A stretch of DNA of 64,000 nucleotides from Eledone cirrhosa (GCA_964016885.1 OZ024741.1:151776001-151840000); one strand, 5' to 3'. Shown: positions 29,417-45,742, counted from the first letter of the stretch. Numbers and translations are program-made. Notes: generated by a model from the sequence alone, not told the origin.

Positions 29417-29467
29417 ATATTATATATTTGATATATATTTACCCTTAACGAGCCCTCTTTGGATTTT
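29324..29467. repeat. Short inverted repeat enclosing (TA)n
   Basis: aaaatccaaagagggctcgttaagggtaaatatatatcaaatatata and its exact reverse complement. Confidence 0.8.
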
Positions 29468-29503
29468 TGTCTTCAAATTTAATATTATTACTATATATAT
29501 ATA

Positions 29504-29930
29504 TATAAGAGGTGTCAGAAAAGTTCCAGGACTGATGTTACAGAAGATTTATTTCAAACCCAAACTGCACACGAAGAGTTTTCTCCTTCAAAGTAATCCC
29601 CCTAGAGTCTGATGCACTGTTCCATCCTTTTCTGCCATGCTTGCATGCACCCCTGGTTTCAAGACGCTCGAGGATGTTCTGGTACACTTGCATGCGTCGA
29701 TCCTTCTGGTCATAGTTCAGCAGTTTTGGCACCATCTTCGCGCAGACTTTCCGCATGTCCAAATCTTCAGTGAGAATCTTCTAGACACTGTCCCGATTCA
29801 TGCCCAGCTCATTTGCCATGAGTCGAACACTCAGCCGACGATCGCTACGCACCATCTGCCTGACGCGCTCAACGTTGACCTCAGTCCTGCTTGTTGAGGG
29901 CCTTCCGCGGTCATCTTCCACGTCCTCATT
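29504..29930 (-). mobile_element. Internally deleted mariner (Tc1/mariner) fragment with one TIR
   Basis: MRKVCAKMVPKLL..DQK..R transposase motif; C-terminal ...EQCIRL.GDYFEG in another frame; TIR-like tataagaggtgtcagaaaagttcc at a TA site. Confidence 0.85.
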
Positions 29931-30094
29931 ACTACCTTATTACCAGTAAGTAAAATAGCTCAATGTAAATACATCAGATGTTTTACAGAGCAGGAATATA
30001 AATTACACAATAATCAAAACTATGTTCAAATCATTTTATTGCTGACAGTCGTTTCTTCCCCAAAAATGATTTGTACATAGTTATGATTATTGTG

Positions 30095-30973
<879 letters not shown>

Positions 30974-31102
30974 TGAATATAGACATAGAATATTCGAAAA
31001 TATTCTGTATGTTTATAATAAACATTTTGAAGACCTAATCGCTATAGAATAGAATAGAATACGTCACGTATTACAATTAGATTCTCGATAAAAGCAAGGG
31101 AA

Positions 31103-31145
31103 GTAATCTACGCGTTTCATTCTTGTTAGAAATCTTCAGGACTAC
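31103..31145 (-). ncRNA. Minimal type I hammerhead, canonical core (first of 34 left-arm copies, last at 41334-41376)
   Basis: Reverse complement: gtagtc CTGAAGA tttct-aaca-agaat GAAA CGCG TA gattac. Confidence 0.85.
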
Positions 31146-34100
31146 ATATCCAGTGCTTTTATCGAGAATGACACAGCTAGAGACTTATAGAATACTTAGC
31201 TGTGTACAGGAACTGGTTTGAAAGAGCGGTTGCCGGTCCGGCAGAAATTAGAAATTGGAATAAATGCTCTGAAATAGCGATATATATGTGAATATAGACA
31301 TAGAATATTCGAAAATATTCTGTATGTTTATAATAAACATTTTGAAGACCTAATCGCTATAGAATAGAATACGTCACGTATTACAATTAGATTCTCGATA
31401 AAAGCAAGGGAAGTAATCTACGCGTTTCATTCTTGTTAGAAATCTTCAGGACTACATATCCAGTGCTTTTATCGAGAATGACACAGCTAGAGACTTATAG
31501 AATACTTAGCTGTGTACAGGAACTGGTTTGAAAGAGCGGTTGCCGGTCCGGCAGAAATTAGAAATTGGAATAAATGCTCTGAAATAGCGATATATATGTG
31601 AATATAGACATAGAATATTCGAAAATATTCTGTATGTTTATAATAAACATTTTGAAGACCTAATCGCTATAGAATAGAATACGTCACGTATTACAATTAG
31701 ATTCTCGATAAAAGCAAGGGAAGTAATCTACGCGTTTCATTCTTGTTAGAAATCTTCAGGACTACATATCCAGTGCTTTTATCGAGAATGACACAGCTAG
31801 AGACTTATAGAATACTTAGCTGTGTACAGGAACTGGTTTGAAAGAGCGGTTGCCGGTCCGGCAGAAATTAGAAATTGGAATAAATGCTCTGAAATAGCGA
31901 TATATATGTGAATATAGACATAGAATATTCGAAAATATTCTGTATGTTTATAATAAACATTTTGAAGACCTAATCGCTATAGAATAGAATACGTCACGTA
32001 TTACAATTAGATTCTCGATAAAAGCAAGGGAAGTAATCTACGCGTTTCATTCTTGTTAGAAATCTTCAGGACTACATATCCAGTGCTTTTATCGAGAATG
32101 ACACAGCTAGAGACTTATAGAATACTTAGCTGTGTACAGGAACTGGTTTGAAAGAGCGGTTGCCGGTCCAGCAGAAATTAGAAATTGGAATAAATGCTCT
32201 GAAATAGCGATATATATGTGAATATAGACATAGAATATTCGAAAATATTCTGTATGTTTATAATAAACATTTTGAAGACCTAATCGCTATAGAATAGAAT
32301 ACGTCACGTATTACAATTAGATTCTCGATAAAAGCAAGGGAAGTAATCTACGCGTTTCATTCTTGTTAGAAATCTTCAGGACTACATATCCAGTGCTTTT
32401 ATCGAGAATGACACAGCTAGAGACTTATAGAATACTTAGCTGTGTACAGGAACTGGTTTGAAAGAGCGGTTGCCGGTCCGGCAGAAATTAGAAATTGGAA
32501 TAAATGCTCTGAAATAGCGATATATATGTGAATATAGACATAGAATATTCGAAAATATTCTGTATGTTTATAATAAACATTTTGAAGACCTAATCGCTAT
32601 AGAATAGAATACGTCACGTATTACAATTAGATTCTCGATAAAAGCAAGGGAAGTAATCTACGCGTTTCATTCTTGTTAGAAATCTTCAGGACTACATATC
32701 CAGTGCTTTTATCGAGAATGACACAGCTAGAGACTTATAGAATACTTAGCTGTGTACAGGAACTGGTTTGAAAGAGCGGTTGCCGGTCCGGCAGAAATTA
32801 GAAATTGGAATAAATGCTCTGAAATAGCGATATATATGTGAATATAGACATAGAATATTCGAAAATATTCTGTATGTTTATAATAAACATTTTGAAGACC
32901 TAATCGCTATAGAATAGAATACGTCACGTATTACAATTAGATTCTCGATAAAAGCAAGGGAAGTAATCTACGCGTTTCATTCTTGTTAGAAATCTTCAGG
33001 ACTACATATCCAGTGCTTTTATCGAGAATGACACAGCTAGAGACTTATAGAATACTTAGCTGTGTACAGGAACTGGTTTGAAAGAGCGGTTGCCGGTCCG
33101 GCAGAAATTAGAAATTGGAATAAATGCTCTGAAATAGCGATATATATGTGAATATAGACATAGAATATTCGAAAATATTCTGTATGTTTATAATAAACAT
33201 TTTGAAGACCTAATCGCTATAGAATAGAATACGTCACGTATTACAATTAGATTCTCGATAAAAGCAAGGGAAGTAATCTACGCGTTTCATTCTTGTTAGA
33301 AATCTTCAGGACTACATATCCAGTGCTTTTATCGAGAATGACACAGCTAGAGACTTATAGAATACTTAGCTGTGTACAGGAACTGGTTTGAAAGAGCGGT
33401 TGCCGGTCCGGCAGAAATTAGAAATTGGAATAAATGCTCTGAAATAGCGATATATATGTGAATATAGACATAGAATATTCGAAAATATTCTGTATGTTTA
33501 TAATAAACATTTTGAAGACCTAATCGCTATAGAATAGAATACGTCACGTATTACAATTAGATTCTCGATAAAAGCAAGGGAAGTAATCTACGCGTTTCAT
33601 TCTTGTTAGAAATCTTCAGGACTACATATCCAGTGCTTTTATCGAGAATGACACAGCTAGAGACTTATAGAATACTTAGCTGTGTACAGGAACTGGTTTG
33701 AAAGAGCGGTTGCCGGTCCGGCAGAAATTAGAAATTGGAATAAATGCTCTGAAATAGCGATATATATGTGAATATAGACATAGAATATTCGAAAATATTC
33801 TGTATGTTTATAATAAACATTTTGAAGACCTAATCGCTATAGAATAGAATACGTCACGTATTACAATTAGATTCTCGATAAAAGCAAGGGAAGTAATCTA
33901 CGCGTTTCATTCTTGTTAGAAATCTTCAGGACTACATATCCAGTGCTTTTATCGAGAATGACACAGCTAGAGACTTATAGAATACTTAGCTGTGTACAGG
34001 AACTGGTTTGAAAGAGCGGTTGCCGGTCCGGCAGAAATTAGAAATTGGAATAAATGCTCTGAAATAGCGATATATATGTGAATATAGACATAGAATATTC

Positions 34101-37100
34101 GAAAATATTCTGTATGTTTATAATAAACATTTTGAAGACCTAATCGCTATAGAATAGAATACGTCACGTATTACAATTAGATTCTCGATAAAAGCAAGGG
34201 AAGTAATCTACGCGTTTCATTCTTGTTAGAAATCTTCAGGACTACATATCCAGTGCTTTTATCGAGAATGACACAGCTAGAGACTTATAGAATACTTAGC
34301 TGTGTACAGGAACTGGTTTGAAAGAGCGGTTGCCGGTCCGGCAGAAATTAGAAATTGGAATAAATGCTCTGAAATAGCGATATATATGTGAATATAGACA
34401 TAGAATATTCGAAAATATTCTGTATGTTTATAATAAACATTTTGAAGACCTAATCGCTATAGAATAGAATACGTCACGTATTACAATTAGATTCTCGATA
34501 AAAGCAAGGGAAGTAATCTACGCGTTTCATTCTTGTTAGAAATCTTCAGGACTACATATCCAGTGCTTTTATCGAGAATGACACAGCTAGAGACTTATAG
34601 AATACTTAGCTGTGTACAGGAACTGGTTTGAAAGAGCGGTTGCCGGTCCGGCAGAAATTAGAAATTGGAATAAATGCTCTGAAATAGCGATATATATGTG
34701 AATATAGACATAGAATATTCGAAAATATTCTGTATGTTTATAATAAACATTTTGAAGACCTAATCGCTATAGAATAGAATACGTCACGTATTACAATTAG
34801 ATTCTCGATAAAAGCAAGGGAAGTAATCTACGCGTTTCATTCTTGTTAGAAATCTTCAGGACTACATATCCAGTGCTTTTATCGAGAATGACACAGCTAG
34901 AGACTTATAGAATACTTAGCTGTGTACAGGAACTGGTTTGAAAGAGCGGTTGCCGGTCCGGCAGAAATTAGAAATTGGAATAAATGCTCTGAAATAGCGA
35001 TATATATGTGAATATAGACATAGAATATTCGAAAATATTCTGTATGTTTATAATAAACATTTTGAAGACCTAATCGCTATAGAATAGAATACGTCACGTA
35101 TTACAATTAGATTCTCGATAAAAGCAAGGGAAGTAATCTACGCGTTTCATTCTTGTTAGAAATCTTCAGGACTACATATCCAGTGCTTTTATCGAGAATG
35201 ACACAGCTAGAGACTTATAGAATACTTAGCTGTGTACAGGAACTGGTTTGAAAGAGCGGTTGCCGGTCCGGCAGAAATTAGAAATTGGAATAAATGCTCT
35301 GAAATAGCGATATATATGTGAATATAGACATAGAATATTCGAAAATATTCTGTATGTTTATAATAAACATTTTGAAGACCTAATCGCTATAGAATAGAAT
35401 ACGTCACGTATTACAATTAGATTCTCGATAAAAGCAAGGGAAGTAATCTACGCGTTTCATTCTTGTTAGAAATCTTCAGGACTACATATCCAGTGCTTTT
35501 ATCGAGAATGACACAGCTAGAGACTTATAGAATACTTAGCTGTGTACAGGAACTGGTTTGAAAGAGCGGTTGCCGGTCCGGCAGAAATTAGAAATTGGAA
35601 TAAATGCTCTGAAATAGCGATATATATGTGAATATAGACATAGAATATTCGAAAATATTCTGTATGTTTATAATAAACATTTTGAAGACCTAATCGCTAT
35701 AGAATAGAATACGTCACGTATTACAATTAGATTCTCGATAAAAGCAAGGGAAGTAATCTACGCGTTTCATTCTTGTTAGAAATCTTCAGGACTACATATC
35801 CAGTGCTTTTATCGAGAATGACACAGCTAGAGACTTATAGAATACTTAGCTGTGTACAGGAACTGGTTTGAAAGAGCGGTTGCCGGTCCGGCAGAAATTA
35901 GAAATTGGAATAAATGCTCTGAAATAGCGATATATATGTGAATATAGACATAGAATATTCGAAAATATTCTGTATGTTTATAATAAACATTTTGAAGACC
36001 TAATCGCTATAGAATAGAATACGTCACGTATTACAATTAGATTCTCGATAAAAGCAAGGGAAGTAATCTACGCGTTTCATTCTTGTTAGAAATCTTCAGG
36101 ACTACATATCCAGTGCTTTTATCGAGAATGACACAGCTAGAGACTTATAGAATACTTAGCTGTGTACAGGAACTGGTTTGAAAGAGCGGTTGCCGGTCCG
36201 GCAGAAATTAGAAATTGGAATAAATGCTCTGAAATAGCGATATATATGTGAATATAGACATAGAATATTCGAAAATATTCTGTATGTTTATAATAAACAT
36301 TTTGAAGACCTAATCGCTATAGAATAGAATACGTCACGTATTACAATTAGATTCTCGATAAAAGCAAGGGAAGTAATCTACGCGTTTCATTCTTGTTAGA
36401 AATCTTCAGGACTACATATCCAGTGCTTTTATCGAGAATGACACAGCTAGAGACTTATAGAATACTTAGCTGTGTACAGGAACTGGTTTGAAAGAGCGGT
36501 TGCCGGTCCGGCAGAAATTAGAAATTGGAATAAATGCTCTGAAATAGCGATATATATGTGAATATAGACATAGAATATTCGAAAATATTCTGTATGTTTA
36601 TAATAAACATTTTGAAGACCTAATCGCTATAGAATAGAATACGTCACGTATTACAATTAGATTCTCGATAAAAGCAAGGGAAGTAATCTACGCGTTTCAT
36701 TCTTGTTAGAAATCTTCAGGACTACATATCCAGTGCTTTTATCGAGAATGACACAGCTAGAGACTTATAGAATACTTAGCTGTGTACAGGAACTGGTTTG
36801 AAAGAGCGGTTGCCGGTCCGGCAGAAATTAGAAATTGGAATAAATGCTCTGAAATAGCGATATATATGTGAATATAGACATAGAATATTCGAAAATATTC
36901 TGTATGTTTATAATAAACATTTTGAAGACCTAATCGCTATAGAATAGAATACGTCACGTATTACAATTAGATTCTCGATAAAAGCAAGGGAAGTAATCTA
37001 CGCGTTTCATTCTTGTTAGAAATCTTCAGGACTACATATCCAGTGCTTTTATCGAGAATGACACAGCTAGAGACTTATAGAATACTTAGCTGTGTACAGG

Positions 37101-40100
37101 AACTGGTTTGAAAGAGCGGTTGCCGGTCCGGCAGAAATTAGAAATTGGAATAAATGCTCTGAAATAGCGATATATATGTGAATATAGACATAGAATATTC
37201 GAAAATATTCTGTATGTTTATAATAAACATTTTGAAGACCTAATCGCTATAGAATAGAATACGTCACGTATTACAATTAGATTCTCGATAAAAGCAAGGG
37301 AAGTAATCTACGCGTTTCATTCTTGTTAGAAATCTTCAGGACTACATATCCAGTGCTTTTATCGAGAATGACACAGCTAGAGACTTATAGAATACTTAGC
37401 TGTGTACAGGAACTGGTTTGAAAGAGCGGTTGCCGGTCCGGCAGAAATTAGAAATTGGAATAAATGCTCTGAAATAGCGATATATATGTGAATATAGACA
37501 TAGAATATTCGAAAATATTCTGTATGTTTATAATAAACATTTTGAAGACCTAATCGCTATAGAATAGAATACGTCACGTATTACAATTAGATTCTCGATA
37601 AAAGCAAGGGAAGTAATCTACGCGTTTCATTCTTGTTAGAAATCTTCAGGACTACATATCCAGTGCTTTTATCGAGAATGACACAGCTAGAGACTTATAG
37701 AATACTTAGCTGTGTACAGGAACTGGTTTGAAAGAGCGGTTGCCGGTCCGGCAGAAATTAGAAATTGGAATAAATGCTCTGAAATAGCGATATATATGTG
37801 AATATAGACATAGAATATTCGAAAATATTCTGTATGTTTATAATAAACATTTTGAAGACCTAATCGCTATAGAATAGAATACGTCACGTATTACAATTAG
37901 ATTCTCGATAAAAGCAAGGGAAGTAATCTACGCGTTTCATTCTTGTTAGAAATCTTCAGGACTACATATCCAGTGCTTTTATCGAGAATGACACAGCTAG
38001 AGACTTATAGAATACTTAGCTGTGTACAGGAACTGGTTTGAAAGAGCGGTTGCCGGTCCGGCAGAAATTAGAAATTGGAATAAATGCTCTGAAATAGCGA
38101 TATATATGTGAATATAGACATAGAATATTCGAAAATATTCTGTATGTTTATAATAAACATTTTGAAGACCTAATCGCTATAGAATAGAATACGTCACGTA
38201 TTACAATTAGATTCTCGATAAAAGCAAGGGAAGTAATCTACGCGTTTCATTCTTGTTAGAAATCTTCAGGACTACATATCCAGTGCTTTTATCGAGAATG
38301 ACACAGCTAGAGACTTATAGAATACTTAGCTGTGTACAGGAACTGGTTTGAAAGAGCGGTTGCCGGTCCGGCAGAAATTAGAAATTGGAATAAATGCTCT
38401 GAAATAGCGATATATATGTGAATATAGACATAGAATATTCGAAAATATTCTGTATGTTTATAATAAACATTTTGAAGACCTAATCGCTATAGAATAGAAT
38501 ACGTCACGTATTACAATTAGATTCTCGATAAAAGCAAGGGAAGTAATCTACGCGTTTCATTCTTGTTAGAAATCTTCAGGACTACATATCCAGTGCTTTT
38601 ATCGAGAATGACACAGCTAGAGACTTATAGAATACTTAGCTGTGTACAGGAACTGGTTTGAAAGAGCGGTTGCCGGTCCGGCAGAAATTAGAAATTGGAA
38701 TAAATGCTCTGAAATAGCGATATATATGTGAATATAGACATAGAATATTCGAAAATATTCTGTATGTTTATAATAAACATTTTGAAGACCTAATCGCTAT
38801 AGAATAGAATACGTCACGTATTACAATTAGATTCTCGATAAAAGCAAGGGAAGTAATCTACGCGTTTCATTCTTGTTAGAAATCTTCAGGACTACATATC
38901 CAGTGCTTTTATCGAGAATGACACAGCTAGAGACTTATAGAATACTTAGCTGTGTACAGGAACTGGTTTGAAACGAGCGGTTGCCGGTCCGGCAGAAATT
39001 AGAAATTGGAATAAATGCTCTGAAATAGCGATATATATGTGAATATAGACATAGAATATTCGAAAATATTCTGTATGTTTATAATAAACATTTTGAAGAC
39101 CTAATCGCTATAGAATAGAATACGTCACGTATTACAATTAGATTCTCGATAAAAGCAAGGGAAGTAATCTACGCGTTTCATTCTTGTTAGAAATCTTCAG
39201 GACTACATATCCAGTGCTTTTATCGAGAATGACACAGCTAGAGACTTATAGAATACTTAGCTGTGTACAGGAACTGGTTTGAAAGAGCGGTTGCCGGTCC
39301 GGCAGAAATTAGAAATTGGAATAAATGCTCTGAAATAGCGATATATATGTGAATATAGACATAGAATATTCGAAAATATTCTGTATGTTTATAATAAACA
39401 TTTTGAAGACCTAATCGCTATAGAATAGAATACGTCACGTATTACAATTAGATTCTCGATAAAAGCAAGGGAAGTAATCTACGCGTTTCATTCTTGTTAG
39501 AAATCTTCAGGACTACATATCCAGTGCTTTTATCGAGAATGACACAGCTAGAGACTTATAGAATACTTAGCTGTGTACAGGAACTGGTTTGAAAGAGCGG
39601 TTGCCGGTCCGGCAGAAATTAGAAATTGGAATAAATGCTCTGAAATAGCGATATATATGTGAATATAGACATAGAATATTCGAAAATATTCTGTATGTTT
39701 ATAATAAACATTTTGAAGACCTAATCGCTATAGAATAGAATACGTCACGTATTACAATTAGATTCTCGATAAAAGCAAGGGAAGTAATCTACGCGTTTCA
39801 TTCTTGTTAGAAATCTTCAGGACTACATATCCAGTGCTTTTATCGAGAATGACACAGCTAGAGACTTATAGAATACTTAGCTGTGTACAGGAACTGGTTT
39901 GAAAGAGCGGTTGCCGGTCCGGCAGAAATTAGAAATTGGAATAAATGCTCTGAAATAGCGATATATATGTGAATATAGACATAGAATATTCGAAAATATT
40001 CTGTATGTTTATAATAAACATTTTGAAGACCTAATCGCTATAGAATAGAATACGTCACGTATTACAATTAGATTCTCGATAAAAGCAAGGGAAGTAATCT

Positions 40101-41789
40101 ACGCGTTTCATTTTTGTTAGAAATCTTCAGGACTACATATCCAGTGCTTTTATCGAGAATGACACAGCTAGAGACTTATAGAATACTTAGCTGTGTACAG
40201 GAACTGGTTTGAAAGAGCGGTTGCCGGTCCGGCAGAAATTAGAAATTGGAATAAATGCTCTGAAATAGCGATATATATGTGAATATAGACATAGAATATT
40301 CGAAAATATTCTGTATGTTTATAATAAACATTTTGAAGACCTAATCGCTATAGAATAGAATACGTCACGTATTACAATTAGATTCTCGATAAAAGCAAGG
40401 GAAGTAATCTACGCGTTTCATTCTTGTTAGAAATCTTCAGGACTACATATCCAGTGCTTTTATCGAGAATGACACAGCTAGAGACTTATAGAATACTTAG
40501 CTGTGTACAGGAACTGGTTTGAAAGAGCGGTTGCCGGTCCGGCAGAAATTAGAAATTGGAATAAATGCTCTGAAATAGCGATATATATGTGAATATAGAC
40601 ATAGAATATTCGAAAATATTCTGTATGTTTATAATAAACATTTTGAAGACCTAATCGCTATAGAATAGAATACGTCACGTATTACAATTAGATTCTCGAT
40701 AAAAGCAAGGGAAGTAATCTACGCGTTTCATTCTTGTTAGAAATCTTCAGGACTACATATCCAGTGCTTTTATCGAGAATGACACAGCTAGAGACTTATA
40801 GAATACTTAGCTGTGTACAGGAACTGGTTTGAAACAGCGGTTGCCGGTCCGGCAGAAATTAGAAATTGGAATAAATGCTCTGAAATAGCGATATATATGT
40901 GAATATAGACATAGAATATTCGAAAATATTCTGTATGTTTATAATAAACATTTTGAAGACCTAATCGCTATAGAATAGAATACGTCACGTATTACAATTA
41001 GATTCTCGATAAAAGCAAGGGAAGTAATCTACGCGTTTCATTCTTGTTAGAAATCTTCAGGACTACATATCCAGTGCTTTTATCGAGAATGACACAGCTA
41101 GAGACTTATAGAATACTTAGCTGTGTACAGGAACTGGTTTGAAAGAGCGGTTGCCGGTCCGGCAGAAATTAGAAATTGGAATAAATGCTCTGAAATAGCG
41201 ATATATATGTGAATATAGACATAGAATATTCGAAAATATTCTGTATGTTTATAATAAACATTTTGAAGACCTAATCGCTATAGAATAGAATACGTCACGT
41301 ATTACAATTAGATTCTCGATAAAAGCAAGGGAAGTAATCTACGCGTTTCATTCTTGTTAGAAATCATCAGGACTACATATCCAGTGCTTTTATCGAGAAT
41401 GACACAGCTAGAGACTTATAGAATACTTAGCTGTGTACAAGAACTGGTTTGAAAGAGCGGTTGCCGGTCCGGCAGAAATTAGAAATTGGAATAAATCCTC
41501 AAGAATGAAACGCGTAGATTACTTCCCTTGCTTTTATCGAGAATCTAATTGTAATACGTGACGTATTCTATTCTATAGCGATTAGGTCTTCAAAATGTTT
41601 ATTATAAACATACAGAATATTTTCGAATATTCTATGTCTATATTCACATATATATCGCTATTTCAGAGCATTTATTCCAATTTCTAATTTCTGCCGGACC
41701 GGCAACCGCTCTTTCAAACCAGTTCCTGTACACAGCTAAGTATTCTATAAGTCTCTAGCTGTGTCATTCTCGATAAAAGCACTGGATAT

Positions 41790-41832
41790 GTAGTCCTGAT
41801 GATTTCTAACAAGAATGAAACGCGTAGATTAC
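41790..41832 (+). ncRNA. Minimal type I hammerhead, canonical core (also 42100, 42410, 42720)
   Basis: gtagtc CTGATGA tttctaacaagaat GAAA CGCG TA gattac. 6-bp stem I, further closed by the 16-bp helix attctcgataaaagca/tgcttttatcgagaat. Confidence 0.88.
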
Positions 41833-42886
41833 TTCCCTTGCTTTTATCGAGAATCTAATTGTAATACGTGACGTATTCTATTCTATAGCGATTAGGTCTT
41901 CAAAATGTTTATTATAAACATACAGAATATTTTCGAATATTCTATGTCTATATTCACATATATATCGCTATTTCAGAGCATTTATTCCAATTTCTAATTT
42001 CTGCCGGACCGGCAACCGCTCTTTCAAACCAGTTCCTGTACACAGCTAAGTATTCTATAAGTCTCTAGCTGTGTCATTCTCGATAAAAGCACTGGATATG
42101 TAGTCCTGATGATTTCTAACAAGAATGAAACGCGTAGATTACTTCCCTTGCTTTTATCGAGAATCTAATTGTAATACGTGACGTATTCTATTCTATAGCG
42201 ATTAGGTCTTCAAAATGTTTATTATAAACATACAGAATATTTTCGAATATTCTATGTCTATATTCACATATATATCGCTATTTCAGAGCATTTATTCCAA
42301 TTTCTAATTTCTGCCGGACCGGCAACCGCTCTTTCAAACCAGTTCCTGTACACAGCTAAGTATTCTATAAGTCTCTAGCTGTGTCATTCTCGATAAAAGC
42401 ACTGGATATGTAGTCCTGATGATTTCTAACAAGAATGAAACGCGTAGATTACTTCCCTTGCTTTTATCGAGAATCTAATTGTAATACGTGACGTATTCTA
42501 TTCTATAGCGATTAGGTCTTCAAAATGTTTATTATAAACATACAGAATATTTTCGAATATTCTATGTCTATATTCACATATATATCGCTATTTCAGAGCA
42601 TTTATTCCAATTTCTAATTTCTGCCGGACCGGCAACCGCTCTTTCAAACCAGTTCCTGTACACAGCTAAGTATTCTATAAGTCTCTAGCTGTGTCATTCT
42701 CGATAAAAGCACTGGATATGTAGTCCTGATGATTTCTAACAAGAATGAAACGCGTAGATTACTTCCCTTGCTTTTATCGAGAATCTAATTGTAATACGTG
42801 ACGTATTCTATTCTATAGCGATTAGGTCTTCAAAATGTTTATTATAAACATACAGAATATTTTCGAATATTCTATGTCTATATTCA

Positions 42887-43981
<1,095 letters not shown>

Positions 43982-44474
43982 TAGAAAGATCGAGTATCGA
44001 AAAATCGGCGCACGAGTTCACGATAAACGAAATTCGATATGAGCGGCAGAGGGCTCAATAATTCAGATGAATCAGAGCTATAACTATCGTTAAAATACCG
44101 TCACATATAGAACAAGTCTACAATCAACCATACGATTTAAAATCGATAAAGGAAGATTCGGGCCAAACAGATAAAAAATATCAATAAAACAATACGTCAA
44201 TAATTTAAATGAATGTAAAATCCTACCCGGACCCACTAGACAGGTGTTAAATCTAGCTTCATGGGTTTCTGTAAATCCTTAGACTGTACTCTATCAGCTC
44301 ACATATAAATATAAAAGCCTACTAGAGCAAGTGGAACGGAGGTTTACGTTATCAACGAGTTTTTTCCTGGCGTCAGGATATGTATATATATATATATATA
44401 CATATATATGTGTATATATATATATATACATATATATATACATATATATGTATATATATATATATATATATAGT

Positions 44475-44522
<48 letters not shown>

Positions 44523-44580
44523 TATATACATATATATGTATATATATATATATACATATATATACATATATATATACATA

Positions 44581-44692
<112 letters not shown>

Positions 44693-44708
44693 TATATACA
44701 TATATATG

Positions 44709-44744
<36 letters not shown>

Positions 44745-44804
44745 TATACATATATATGTATATATATATATATACATATATATACATATATATATATAAA
44801 TATA

Positions 44805-45004
44805 NNNNNNNNNNNNNNNNNNNNNNNNNNNNNNNNNNNNNNNNNNNNNNNNNNNNNNNNNNNNNNNNNNNNNNNNNNNNNNNNNNNNNNNNNNNNNNNN
44901 NNNNNNNNNNNNNNNNNNNNNNNNNNNNNNNNNNNNNNNNNNNNNNNNNNNNNNNNNNNNNNNNNNNNNNNNNNNNNNNNNNNNNNNNNNNNNNNNNNNN
45001 NNNN
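44805..45004. other. Assembly gap (200 N)
   Basis: Run of N. Confidence 0.99.
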
Positions 45005-45063
45005 TGTACAGGGAGTGTAACGCGGAGTTACTGTAGGTTCAGCCGGGTGAGCACTCGATGTTT

Positions 45064-45213
45064 AGGTTCACGTCAGTATCGATCTAGCCCGACTCTGTAA
45101 TCAACGGCTCGTCAGACCCTTTTGGTGGTAATGACGAGCCGTTGATCACAGAGTAGGGCTAGATCGATACAGATCGAACCTTCAGCTGTTTGTTGGCGAA
45201 ACGTGCGTCACCA
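45064..45213. mobile_element. Foldback with long-stem-II hammerhead remnant
   Basis: 45064-45118 is an imperfect reverse complement of 45127-45181. Plus strand: ggt aATGACGA gcc...ggc GAAA CGTGCG TC acca. The inverted arm retains intact ggtCTGACGAgcc. Confidence 0.6.
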
Positions 45214-45742
45214 ACCAATCTAAACTATAATAAAGTAAGGAGTACGGGACTGCGTCAAGAATATTTTTTTTTATCCCGTTTGTAAAATAAGTTGGATTAT
45301 TTGAATAAATAATAAATGAATATTACATAATTTATCTACTAAATTTCTTTATTCTTGATTAAATATAAATAATTTTGTTGCTTATTTTAAGATTCACTTC
45401 TTTAAAATATTCAAATGTCAACACTTCCGGTTAGCGATCGCTTAAATAAACATTCATATATTTCTGTCACTAATTTTCTCCTAGTGCAGTTTATATATAA
45501 TTCGCTTGTTTAATGTATCGTGGATTACGTTACTGATTACATAAAACAGTGTAACTCAGTCTTCTTTCAATTTCTGTGTATAGTGTCAATTACGATGTTA
45601 TTTGATGTATCATATCTACATGTTATATACTTGCGTATAATATCAATATGCACACTACACATGCTAGCAGAAAACCACTCGAAGGGTGGTTTTTATGCTA
45701 GAAAACGTAAGGAAGGAGGAACCACTCGTCCTTGTTTTATTT

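Larger units (their letters stand above)
30974..42886. repeat. 310-bp tandem array, retrozyme-like (about 34 units minus-sense, 30974-41496; about 4.5 units plus-sense, 41500-42886)
   Basis: Exact 310-bp period with only a handful of variants (31046-31050 extra agaat, 32170, 38974 insertion, 40112, 40835, 41366, 41440). One hammerhead per unit. (TA)n on both flanks. Confidence 0.97.

Noticed and set aside
29324-29467. Hammerhead half (TTAACGA gccc) in the short inverted repeat
   Set aside because: G5 is missing and there is no GAAA half; kept only as an inverted repeat.
30974-42886. CRISPR array, or rDNA/snRNA gene cluster, as the explanation for the tandem arrays
   Set aside because: Units are identical with no unique spacers, no cas genes are present, the context is eukaryotic, and there is no resemblance to 5S, tRNA or snRNA sequences.
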